From: the human T2T-CHM13v2.0 reference genome, Homo sapiens
Length of the DNA: 64,000 bases
NCBI RefSeq assembly: GCF_009914755.1
Contig: NC_060938.1
Direction: 5' to 3' (one strand)
Position 1 is the stretch's first letter. Every line of letters starts with the position of its first letter. Both the position numbers and the translations under genes were made by a program. The notes beneath the pieces are model-generated. The model was not told the DNA's origin, searched no databases, and worked only from the letters and a program-made list of their open reading frames with translations. Below are positions 1-20,992 of this stretch, one piece after another.

Positions 1-740
1 ACATACTGAAGTGGAGAAGATAAGAAGTCAGGATGCTTACTGTAATAAACAAGGTAAAAGTTATGGTGGCTTGGACCAGGGTGGCAGCAGTGGAGATGGC
101 AAAAAATTGTTAGATTCTGGATATATTTTGAGAGTAGTCAAGATTTGTTGATAGGTCACATTTGGCGTGTGAGAAAGGGAGAGAAGTAAAAGATACTTCT
201 ATTACACTATTTTTAGCCTAAGTAACTGGATGCTTGTAATTAGAATGGAGATGAGGAGGCAGTGAGAGGAACAACTTTGGAGGGGATAATAAGAAGCTCA
301 GTTTCAGACAGGTAAGGTTTGAGATTCCTATTAGATATCCAACTGGAGATGTTAAATGGGTAATTAAATATATGAGTCTAGAAGTCAGAAGAGAGGTTCT
401 GGCTAGATATAAACTTGGGAATTATCATCATGTAAACGATACAAGACTGAACAACCAAGTGAGTGAGAAGAGGTCCAGAAACTGAGTCCTAAGGCCTTCC
501 AATGTCAATAGTTTGGGAAGGTGAGGAGGAACCAGCAAGAGAGACCAAGCAGTGACAAGTGAAGTGGAAGAAAAGACGAGACAGTAGGATGAATCTTCAT
601 GCATGTAACTTTTTCCAAACATTTATTGGGTATTTTGTATAAATAAAAGGCAGAGGCGTTGTCTTTCTTGTTTGCCACTGAATCTCTTGTGCTTAGCAGG
701 GTAACTGGTACAAACTAAGTATTCAATTATCTACTGAATC
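1..740. mobile_element. L2 LINE fragments
   Basis: L2-typical tracts (ggcttggaccagggtggcagcagtggagatg; tttgagattcctattagatatccaactggagatg). Confidence 0.7.
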
Positions 741-1244
741 AGTAACATCAAAGGGTGTGAACATTTTTATGGTTTGATATGTTGTATTCAGATTCCAAAA
801 GGGTTATACTAATATACCAATTTACATGGGGATAAGTAATGTGCCTTTTACCATAGGCTTGCTCGTACTAAAACAAAAAAAAATACATTAATTCAAAAGA
901 CTAAAATGGCAACTCACTATTGTGTAAAATTCCTCAGATTTCTAATGATGCTGAACTATCTATAATTATCTATGTTTCTTTACAAGGTATACTTCCTTTG
1001 ATGTGAAGTACCCATGTTCATTGTGAATGGAGTCTTGCCGTTTTTCTCATTTCATCTGAGTACTTTTCATACTTGCTATGAATATTTTATTTTCTTTGGG
1101 GATTTATTTTAGAATATTCAGAATTTAATGCAGTTATTCTCAATTTTCTATTAAATTTCAAAATGTAAAATTTTCTTATATGGAAAATGTATTTTACTAC
1201 CATTCAAAATAATGTCTAGAATTCCTACTTCTACGATGGCACAG

Positions 1245-1703
1245 TGTTATGGGTTGAATTGTGTTCCCCCAAAGATATGATGAAGTCCCATAACCTAGTA
1301 CCTATAATTGTGACCTTATTTGGAATATAGTCTTTGCAGATGTAATGAAGTTAGGATGAGGTCATTAAAATGGATCCAAATCCAATATGACATGACCAGT
1401 GTCTTTATAAGAAGAGGAGAAGAAATAAAGAAACATACCGCGAGAAGACAGCCATATGACAATGGAGGCAAAGACTGAAGTGAGGCATCTACAAATCAGG
1501 AGATGCCAAGGATTGCCAGCAAATGCCAGAAGGTAGAAGAAGCAAGGAAGGATTCTCTTCTCCAAGTTTCAGAGTAAACATGGCCCTGCCAACATCTTGA
1601 TTTTGGATTTCTGGCCTTCAGAACTGTGGGACAATACATTTTTGCTCTTTTAAGCTACTCAGTTTGTGGTGCTTTGTTATGGCAGTACTAAGAAACTAAT
1701 AGT
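1245..1703 (+). mobile_element. MaLR solo LTR (MLT1B/C-like)
   Basis: Starts TGTTATGGGTTGAATTGTGTTCCCCC; ccttatttggaa, gccaaggattgccagc, ccttcagaactgtgggacaataca, ends ...gaaactaata. Confidence 0.85.
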
Positions 1704-2495
1704 GTAATGACATTTCCACCACAGAACAACAAGAAAAATAAGAAATATCAACAAACTTCAATAAAGCCAGGAAATATATGAAGCTGAAGCTTTAATTCAT
1801 GAAGGTAGATTATAATGTATATGGAGACAGATGGAGGAAGATGAAACCCAAATGTCTACAGAGAGTAATACTGACAAGCAGCAGCAAATCTGCCCCACAG
1901 AACCAAATAAGGATTCAGGAGCTAAAGGCATTTGGTACAAAGGAAGGCATGGACATGAAAACAGAAGACTTGGTTAAGTCTGGATAAGGGAGAGTTAGAA
2001 CCCCATTCTCCTCTCCCCTACTTAGTGAGGCCAGGCAATGACCTCATTCCCACCTCTGTAGGAGACTGGCAGTTTTATTCTCCGGAAAATCTAAACCCCA
2101 GACTTGGGATACTAGTCTGAGCTGAAAACACAGATATCCATACTACATGGCGAGATTGCCCCAGGCAGAAGATTCAAAGATCCTTCTTTAGAGAAACTAA
2201 ACATTCTTAGAGAAAATGCCTACAGATTCTAACATTTGGGGATTTCCTAAGTAAAAAATTATCATTCCATCACTCTACAGTGAAACCCACAAGTCAATAA
2301 GTGCCATGGATATAGATACAGCACTTCCCATCAGTTTCCCCCTCATTCTAAAATATGAACAGAAATACTACTGGACAAGAAAGGAAAGCCTCCAATATGA
2401 AAGACAAGAGACTACAACTAATACAAGAAAGGAGGTCAGAAAAGAGACAACACTAGAAACAAAACAAATTTTTTTTCAAAAATACTGTAATTATT

Positions 2496-2754
2496 CATCA
2501 TCTCAAATATTCATCATTTCTTTGTGGTGAGAACATTTAAAATCTTCTCTTTTATCTATCCAGAGATATACATTATTATTAACTATAGTCACTGAAACTT
2601 TGCATCCATTGACTAAAGTCTCCCCTTTCCTGGTCCAACCCTGCCCAGCCACTGGATATGCAACTTAGCTGATTTGATCATTCCACAATGTATCAAAACA
2701 TCAGATTGTACCCCATAAACATATACAATTATCTGTCGATTAAAAATAAAATTT
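2496..2754 (+). mobile_element. 5'-inverted (twin-primed) truncated L1MA 3' end
   Basis: Antisense L1MA 3'UTR at 2496-~2650 then sense 3'UTR and A-tail; 18-bp TSD aaaaatact(g/a)taattatt at 2478-2495 and 2755-2772. Confidence 0.85.
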
Positions 2755-3247
2755 AAAAATACTATAATTATTATCCTAAGAGAGATAAGACAGTGCATCC
2801 ATGAAATTAGAATAGGATGCTATTAAAAAAAGGCACAATCAGAGGTAACTGAAAAGAATTCTTAGAAATTCAAAATTATGACAGATGAAGAAAATAAATA
2901 GAAGAGCTGAAAGATAAAGTGAGGAAATCTTCCAGGAAAACAGAACAAGAAGACAAAGAGATGGACAAGAGGTGATAAAAGACAAGAAAATTGGAGGATC
3001 AATCTAGGATGTATGAGAATAAGAAAAAGGAGCTCCACAAAAGGAGTCAGAGAACATGCTGGGGGAAAAATTATTACCAAAGCAACAGGAAGCATTTTCT
3101 GGAAATCGAACACTCGAATCTCTAAATTTAAAGGGCTCATTAAGTAGATGGCAAAATGAAAAAAAAAATACCCACATCAATGCAGTTCATTGTGAAGCTG
3201 TAGATTATTAAGAATAAAGAGAATGCCTTAAAAGTTTCTTCAACATA

Positions 3248-3910
<663 letters not shown>

Positions 3911-5027
3911 CCTCTGTATGACATTGGGTCCTCTGCTACTGTTAAGTATGCTCTAAGTTTAAAAAAAGATTGAAACTGTAGGATCATTGAGAGAAAGATA
4001 TTTGTCTATTTCATTCACTGCTATCACTCTCACATCTAGAATAGTGCCTGCACATTATCAGGCATTTAAAAATTATGTACTGAGTAAGTAAATGAATGGT
4101 ATTAGACTTTTCAGCAGGAATTATGAAAGGCAGAAGACCGTGGAGGAAAATGAGTTCAAAATTCTGAGTCAAATTATTTTTTACATTCTATTTCCAGCTA
4201 AACTATTAACAATTAAATGTATAATAGGCTTCCACAAAATAAACAAAAAAAGGTATAATAGGTTTCCATATATGCAATAACTTAAAAAGTTTAAGTCATA
4301 TGTATTATCTTTTCTCACGTAGCTACTAAAGGAGCTACTCCTATTAAAATCAGGGAGCATATCAAGAAAGAAGATGAGGAATCCAAAAACAAGGATCCAA
4401 CACAGGAGGGAGGCAAAGGGAATTTCTAGGATGACAATGAAAGAAAGTTCTAGGATGACAGCAGGGTCAATACCTGAATATCAACCAGTCCAAACTGGAA
4501 CGGGGGACAAAAAGGCACCAGGAAGGAAGATTCTAGGAAAGAAAGAAGGGAAAGGGAAAGGGAAACGAAAAGAAAAGAAAAAGGAAAACCCTGCTAGGTT
4601 CCCTGATTTGCCTGACTTTATGGAAAACTGCTATGAAAGGGCATGGAAAGGTGCTAAACAAACATACAAACAAACAAACCTAAACAAACAAACAAATCTA
4701 AACATTAATGAGGCAATTATGAACTCCAGGAAACAGAGCTATACAAGAAAGGAAGCATAGCAGTGAATAATATTTGCCCCAAATGTGGTTAAGTATAGGC
4801 AGGGTAGACATGAAATTCTCATCCACCATAAGAGGAGATCAGTAAACATTGTCTAAAATTAATGACTCAAGAGAGACTACAAAAACATCATTTAGAAATG
4901 TGGAAGTGTCCTTGGAGAACAAGAAAAGGAGTGGGGAGACTTGAGGTAGAGAACCACTGTTAATTTCATTTTAAGTGTCTTAGCACTATTTCCCTTTTAA
5001 ATTCTATTAATATGTCACTTTGATAAA

Positions 5028-5934
5028 TTTTTTTTTGGTAGGGAGGACAGGGTCTTGCTATGTTGCCCAGGCTAGTCTTGAACTGCTATGTTGCCCTGAC
5101 CTCAAGTGATACTCCTGCCTCAGCCTCCCAAAGTGGTAGGATTACAGGTATGAGCCACTGTGCCTGGCCAGATAAAAATTTTTTAACCTAAAATATAAAA
5201 TTAAACATTTAAAAGACTAAGCTTATTTTTCTCATAAGATAGGGAAACTTGCTACTATATATTTTACTATGCTCGAAGCAGATGTTCTCCAGATTGAGAG
5301 AATTATACCCAAAGGTGCTGTGTTCATTTTTGAGTTATTTTGTTTTAAACAAATGACCACAGAAAGAAAGTTTACAGCATTAAAAGTTATAAATTATGAA
5401 ATAATTAGGAATGATAGAATAGTGCTTTACTTAAAATTTACTGCTTTAATTAAATAAGATGATGTAAAAAAAAATAAGTGACTGAGGATATCCCGGGAAC
5501 CTGATAAACATTTACTATATTATTGCCATGGGAAAATGATTTGAAAAGGGTAAGGAAGAAAGACAACTGACATGAAATTACTATTCATTCTATGCCAAGC
5601 AATATTTTAGATGGTGTTTTTTTGTTTGTTTGTTTTGTTGTTTTCTTTTTTTGAGATGGAGTCTCACTCCGTTGCCCAGGCTGGAGTGTGGTGGCCTGAT
5701 CTCAGCTCACCACAACCTCTGCTTCCTGGGTTCAAGTGATTCTCCTGCCTCAGCCTCCTGAGTAGCTGGGACTACAGGCGTGCACCACCATATCCGGCTA
5801 ATTTTTGTAATTTTTTAGTAGAGACAGAGTTTCACTATGTTGGCCAGGCTGGTCTTGAACTCCTGACCTCGTGATCCACCTGCCTTGGCCTCCCAAAGTG
5901 CTGGGATTACAGGCGTGAGCCACCACACCCGGCT
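5028..5934 (-). mobile_element. FLAM (5028-5169) and AluS (5617-5934)
   Basis: Alu consensus in reverse with poly-T. Confidence 0.9.
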
Positions 5935-6210
5935 AGGTGTTCTATACAGTTATTTCATTTAATCCTTAACAAGTGTGGGGAAGGTAAGTAATTTCTTCAA
6001 GGCCATACAGCCCTTAGAACAGATCATAAAAAATGATGAAAATAAACTATAGTGAAGCTTAAGTAGTACACAGTTGTAAGCAAATAATTAAATTTATTTA
6101 TAACTTTTCTTGTTCTTTAATATTGCCAAAACTCAAAATACTCAAATATAATCAACCAGATTATTATCTTTACAGTCATTTCATTAAGAATCAACTTAAA
6201 TTATACTTAC

Positions 6211-6252
6211 TTGAATGTGGCAAAAGCACTGGAGCAAAGATGCTATTGCTGC
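6211..6252 (-). CDS. SOS2: SOS2 exon ~21 (42 nt, phase 1-1): (G)SNSIFAPVLLPHS(K)
   Basis: Acceptor TTCCAATAG|GCA, donor CAA|GTAAGT; continues the recalled SOS2 protein; too short for the ORF track. Confidence 0.92.
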
Positions 6253-6736
6253 CTATTGGAATAAGAAAAATTAATTTGAAAAGGAAGGTAACATGTAGGT
6301 ATTATTTTTTAAATGTTTCCATAAATAATACGTAATACACAGTGCAGAATTTTATCATCATCTTTTGCCATGTTAGTTTTTTAAAAAATTAACCCAGAAC
6401 CTTCTGTATCTAGAATGGTTTTCCTTCTTAGCATTAAGTGGTTCCCCCTCTATCACAGAACTTATCTATTTGTTTTCTTATTCATCATCTATTGCTCCCT
6501 TTAGACTGGTAGTGGGACCCAAAAGGTACTAAACAAATCTTTGCTGAATGAGTAAATTAGAAGATAATATGCATCAACAATGCACAAATTATGCTCTACT
6601 TCTTGTATTAATCATTATTTTCACATTTAGATATCACTTTTCACACTAATATAGTTTGCAAAGGATTCTATAGTTCCCTAATTAAAATGATAAGAATTAT
6701 CTGAGACACAGGATTCCTTTTTTACCAAGCGGTTTA

Positions 6737-7135
<399 letters not shown>

Positions 7136-7892
7136 TCAGTCTGCAATGACAGCCTGTATCATTCTAGTAGAATCTTCTGGATTTGACTGGCTTAATTTTA
7201 AAATGAATTGGAATATAAGTAAGTCTCTTTTCAGCACTGCAGAAATAAAATTCTTGAAATTTTATGTGAAAATCACATTTTACTCCTAAAACATATGAAC
7301 CTAAACTTCTCTTTGAAAATATCTATATAGATTTTACAAACATTTACTGGGAACATAATTTATGAAACATATTATGCTATATGCTTCAGAAAAAAAAAAG
7401 ATCATTTTTTCCCCTTCCTATACTAAATGATCAACCTCTACATTGATGCTTTAAAAATCTTTGGAGAAAATTCCTATCATTGTCTCCCACCATCACCTCT
7501 GTCCCATTTTTCAAGTTCTGGCAGGAGTAATCAAATAAAAAACACAGAACTCAGATCAGAAAACTTGAGTTAAGATCTCAACTGTGCCAATATCTAGCTA
7601 TGCAGCCTTGAAAAACTTATTTAACCCCTTGGAATCTCACTATTTTCCTTTGTAAAATGAGAATAAGATCTATGAGGGGTTTTCAAAAAGTGCATGGCAA
7701 ATGTCTATTATGAAATAACTATGCATGACTTTCATTTTTTTCCATCAAAATAAACTCATACTAACTTATTATAACATGTCTGAACAGTTTGAGATGCTCA
7801 AACATATCTAGTTTGAGATACTCAAACATATCTAGTTTGAGATACTAAGAAGGATAACACATCGGTTTGTAAAGAATCCCTATCAGAGGAAC

Positions 7893-9406
<1,514 letters not shown>

Positions 9407-9483
9407 AGTTTATGTTTTTATGTTTATCTTTTAATTCCATCAAAAAAATTTATCTTTTCATTCCATTTTTCCATGAACTTTTT

Positions 9484-9753
9484 TTCTTTTTTCTTTTTTT
9501 TTTTTTTTTTTTTTTTTTGAGACGGGGTCTTGCTCTGTCACCCAGGTTGGAGTGAAGTGGAGTGATCTTGGCTCACTGCAACCTCCGCCCCCAGGCGTGC
9601 ACCACCATGCCTGGCTAATTTTTTTGTATTTTTGGTAGAGACAGGGTTTTGCCATGTTGCCCAAGCTGGTCTCAAACTCTTGAACTGAAGCAATCTGCCT
9701 GCCTTGGTCTCCCAATGTGCTGGGATTACAGGTGTGAGCCACCATGCCCGGTC
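9484..9753 (-). mobile_element. Alu (internally deleted) inserted in the Hsmar2 right TIR
   Basis: TSD tccatgaacttttt (9470-9483) / tctatgaacttttt (9754-9767). Confidence 0.9.
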
Positions 9754-10364
9754 TCTATGAACTTTTTGAAGTCCCCTCATATATCACACAATTGTGAAGA
9801 TGAGATAGCATGAAACTACCTGACTTCCTGCTTCACCTAAAGTTGGTTTGTGTTTTTACTTCCTTCTATATCTTGCTTCACTTTTAGCTACTTAGAGTTC
9901 ATCTTCTACTACTTCTGTTGCCACTGCAAACTCCTGCAGTAACTGGAAATTGTAGCATCAAATTCTAGTGACAGAGATGGGTTCCAGAGGCAACTATGGA
10001 CCATGGAGCCCTAATAGCAGAAGTCATATCAAGTCACAAGAACCAAAATACATTTGCTTACTCCTTCCCAGGTCTTTTCTTTTTTTTTCTGTTCCATTCA
10101 GCTACCTATTAAGTTCTCACTTTCTCACACCTTTTTGTATTATTCTAGGAGGGATCAAAAGTAGACACATAAATAAGTAGTACCAAGATAAGGCATAAAC
10201 CAGATTTTATCAAAAGGCTGACATTTCCCCCCCCAGTTTTAGAAATAGTATATTACTGCAAACAAAACACCTAGGAACAGCCATTCAATTACATTTTTAA
10301 GATAACAGGTTGTTAAACATTGAAAATAATATTTTAAAAAACAGAACACTTGTTCCCGAAATTA

Positions 10365-10499
<135 letters not shown>

Positions 10500-11045
10500 T
10501 TAAACAAATAACACAAGTGCATATATAGTAAGTATATATTTTAGATCTTATTAAAATAAGATCTCATTAAAATTTTTTGCTGAAAATTACTTATTTAATG
10601 CTAAAAAATAACATATTAAGAGCCCACAATATGTGAAAAGTTCACAAGTGTTGCTTATTCCAATCTCTTTACTTCTGAATAAGATTATATAATTTCTGTG
10701 GAAGTTATATTCTAGTCTTAAAGTTCTATTAAGAATATGAGTTTTCATTTATTATCATTTTAATGGCTCAGCAGTAGCACTACTTATTCCTTAGGAAACT
10801 TTACTCCTACTCATTGTAACAAATGATCATCACTAGTAAGCTACCAAAAGTGTTTAGAACAAAGCTATGGTTATAATCCACAATGAAGTTTTGATAATCA
10901 GAAAAAAAGTGGAGATAAATTAGATTAAGGTCTGTTAATCCAATTTATAGATCATTCTTGATCATTTATAATTACTCTGGAAATTCCTTTTACTTTAAAA
11001 GTAGTCATTTAAATTACTTTAAAAGTAATGTCAAGAATGATTATA

Positions 11046-11560
<515 letters not shown>

Positions 11561-11896
11561 TAATAAATAAAATGTTTAAAATTTTTGTCTTTATCAAAAA
11601 ATATTTTAAGCTTAAATTTAAGTTTTAACGTAGAAAATTCAGGTGATTTAGCACTGCCAAAAAAAGAGAAAAAAAGAAAAAGAAACAGTAATCTTACAAA
11701 CCAGAAATATCATTGTTTACATTTAAATATTAGACTATCTTCCAATGATTTTACTGTGCATGTAAATATATGCATGTATATATGTATTTATATATAATTA
11801 TTAATAATTTATATATATATTTTCCTGAAAAACTGGGATATCAATTTTAATCTTTCTGAAGTTTATATTCAATTAACTTTTTTCAATGTGGTTTGC

Positions 11897-11983
11897 TTTT
11901 TTTTTTTTTTTTTTTTTTGAGATGGAGTCTCACTCAGCCTTCCAAAGTGCTGGGATTACAGGTATGAGCCACCTCACCCAGCC
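11897..11983 (-). mobile_element. Internally deleted Alu retaining both ends
   Basis: Poly-T+gagatggagtctcactc joined directly to agccttccaaagtgctggg...cccagcc; flanked by gtttgctt repeats. Confidence 0.8.
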
Positions 11984-12845
11984 AGTTTGCTTATTTTACA
12001 AAATACAAATTTTAACTCTATAGTATTTCATCAGATGGATATTTCAGAATGTAATAATCTCCATATAGCTAGTTATCCATATAGGTACTTTCTAATTTTT
12101 TGCTATTATAATAATTATTTTTATTAACTCCTATATATAAATTTTTCTGTACATTTTTTATGATTTCCTTAGAAAAATTCCTTAGCAGCAAATTACTGGA
12201 TTTAGCTTTATTTAATTTTGAAGTGGTTTAGAAGCATATATAAAAATGGTACTAGGTTTTAGCTTTAGCAGTAGGCAAAATGAGCTTTAAAATTTCTAGT
12301 ATAAAATTCTTCCCATTTTTAAGGCATTCTGCCAATTTCAAGAAAATTGTATTACTCTTTTAACAATACTGAAACAATGTGTTCTTATGTTCAGGTTAGC
12401 TAAATTAAATATTAGCCACTAGTAATTAAAGGCTTTCAGAAAGCTATAACAGCAGTATTCTTGATTTCCTCATCCTTTGCTCTATTTTAAATACTATTTA
12501 TTTAAGTATGATTTGAAAAGTGAATAGCTACTTTGTCTACATTTTAAATTTATTTTGTTTGACTCAATCATATAGAAGACACTTCCTCCCAAAAATGCTT
12601 TAAATGGTGGTAGGAACCCTAGACCACACCACAAACACCAATTAGCAGGTATGGTTCTGAGATATGAATACTAAAAGTACTATTTCAAGCATACCGAATT
12701 AAAGTGTAACATTATTCCTGTGGGGACCATATTTCCTTAGCTCTCTGAAGCCCCACATCACAGAGGGCGGGTTCAATGGTGAGAGGGGATGAAATAGGTC
12801 ACCATCAGTAGGTTACCACCTTTATTTTTTTTAAGAGCAAGTATC

Positions 12846-13166
<321 letters not shown>

Positions 13167-13899
13167 TAGGTGGTCTTTTTCTTAGGACTTTAGGGTACTT
13201 TGTTTTGAACCGGGAACAAAGAAGTTTCTATCTCATAATTTAGGAGGGTGGAAGTAATGGTGGATATTTTCACTCAATATGCCCAATTTGCATGCAGATT
13301 ATGTCTAAAAAGTTTAGCGCAGTTTTTAATATGACACGTAAACTTATTCTGGTTGATAGTTATAATATGTTCCCAAGTTCAAGTATAATATAATAACATT
13401 CATTCAGCATAAACATAATATCATAGTTTAATTTAGAAGGTTGTTTCATATTTTATAGTACTATAGTATCAATATTACACACTATTGCTCAAAATAGAAC
13501 ATCAATCGACAGGATGTTAGAAAAATCATCTTCTGCCAGGCATACATATACCACTTTGCTGACCCTTTTCCTATTTAAACACACTGTTCTTATGAATTAT
13601 ATAACGTTATTTTGCTACATGTAAAATTATCTAAAATGGCTATCAAATCTAGAAATGAATTTTCTTTTTACTGCATGGACATCATTCTACTTTGTCATTC
13701 ACTTTTTATGGTGTAGCTTGAACCAACTACACAAAGAAGCAATACTTTCAAAAGAAAGTACTTAGTAACAATATTAACAACTGCAGATAGTGTAGAATGT
13801 CTAATGTTTAACATGCTATCTACTGATTAATTTTTTTCTATTATTTTCATAGCAAGACAAATAATTATGGTATTTCTTACAGGTCACACAAGATCTAAA

Positions 13900-15059
<1,160 letters not shown>

Positions 15060-15583
15060 TTAAAGAAAAGTTATTTTAAATTTTGTTATTTAATCAATTA
15101 TTTGGGAAAACAACTGATCTAGTAAAGTTGAAAGACATCCTATACTATTCAGCAACTCTACTACTAAAATGTTAAGTCTCTGATAAACAATCATTAACTC
15201 TCCATTAAGCATTTTTTAAAGAGAAAGAATTTAAAATAAAAAGAAAATAAAAGCTACTGGCTTGTACAAAAATAAAGGCTGCTAATCTAAGAAATGGCAA
15301 ATTAAGCTTTTCTAAACTCTAATTTCACCAAGTGCAAATTGTGTTAAATCTATTCTGACCAAATATTTTAATATTTGATTATAAATATTTAATGCCAAGT
15401 ATCTTAGGTGATTATTAATAAATTAATTTTAAGCCAATTTTGGTTAATAAGTCTATAGGCTTATAAACTAATTCTGTTTTTTCAGAGACTGTAATTTAGA
15501 TAGAAAAATAATTACTTCTCATTCATGAACAATAAAAAAGTTTTTAGTCCCTTTTTCATGCGTAATTGCTGATTCATTTAAAT

Positions 15584-15795
15584 TGGTGGTTCTCAGCTGG
15601 GGACAATTTAGTCCCCCAGGGGATATTTAGGAATGTCTAGAGACATTTTTGGTTACCACAACTCCAGGGTGCTACTGGAGTGTAATGAATAGAGGCCAGG
15701 ATGCTGCTACAGATCCTATTACGCACACGACAGCCCATCACAACAAAGAATTATTTGGCCCAAAATACCAAAATTGTTGAAGTTGACAAAACTTG
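15584..15795 (+). mobile_element. MER20 (hAT-Charlie non-autonomous DNA transposon)
   Basis: gtggttctc...cccccaggggatatt...gaggccaggatgctgct...acaacaaagaattatttggcccaaaat; perfect 8-bp TSD ATTTAAAT at 15576-83 and 15796-803. Confidence 0.88.
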
Positions 15796-16194
15796 ATTTA
15801 AATCATTCAATTTCAATCATACACAACAATATTTTAATTCTAAATTTAAAAATCACATAGAAGCTTTTAATAAATTAAAGAGAAAGCAAACACTGTAGAT
15901 GTGACATAGATAGTTATGGTAAAAATAACAGTTACCATTTCATGAGTGCGTCCTATGTGCTAGACTTACTAGGTAGTACAGACAAAATATTTTTAATCCT
16001 TATTTATAACAACCCTATGAGATATTATAGTCTTCATTTTATAGAAAATAGAGAGTTTTATTATTTATTAATACAGAGAGCTAATAAAAGTAGATGAGCT
16101 CAGATATAAAATAAAGATAACATGCCTCTGAAGACTGCTCTCTTTTGGCTATCACACGCTCACCCTCAAAATATATCCATATTTAGTAACTTAC

Positions 16195-16312
16195 CAAAAA
16201 AAGGCACACAAGGTGGATTGATTGACTTAAGTTTTACTAGGTATTTTTTAAAGTGATCTTGACTTAATTCCACAGCTTCGTCCAAAATTTTCCTTTTCCT
16301 TTCCTGCAGTGC
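16195..16312 (-). CDS. SOS2: SOS2 exon ~17 (118 nt), CDC25 domain: [39 protein letters not shown]
   Basis: Acceptor CTTTAAG|GCA, donor TTG|GTAAGT; PCVPF RasGEF motif. Confidence 0.96.
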
Positions 16313-16829
16313 CTTAAAGTATACATAAATTGAGTATAAATTTTTTACAATTCAATCATATTTTATAAATGCAAACCTTTAAATTTTATAAAATTTTGCA
16401 AATTATCTGGAAAACAATTTTTTTACATTAAGAGATGAGTGGTATTCCTTTGTACACTTACCTGAAGTGATTTCTCCTCTCTTTATCTATAAATATAAAA
16501 CCCATAATTTACTCATATAAATTAGAAGATCAAGCAATACAAAAAATTCTACGTCATGCCTTGTGCGTTATTTTGACTAGCCAGGGTTTCAAGTCATAGC
16601 TGTAGAAGATGAAAATTATAACCCCTGAACATTCAAATATTTTTCCACTGAAAGATCTTTTGGGGCTAAAGGTTGGGATTTTGTTAAGGAGAAGACAACT
16701 ATCAGAAGACAAGAAGACTTGAACAAAAATTTAGTGAATGAAGTAAACTAGCATTTCTTTTATACTTCATTACTAGATCTTCTTATTGAAAATTAATTTT
16801 TACTTCAGAAAGAATATACACACACACGT

Positions 16830-20992
<4,163 letters not shown>

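Noticed and set aside
4374-4760. 128-aa Lys/Arg-rich plus-strand ORF
   Set aside because: It lies in a purine-rich degenerate HAL1/L1-like remnant with simple repeats; stop-poor composition explains it and no domain is recognisable
7786-7846. Palindromic direct repeats resembling a CRISPR array
   Set aside because: The units are contiguous with no unique spacers, there are only 2.5 copies, and the context is a eukaryotic transposon
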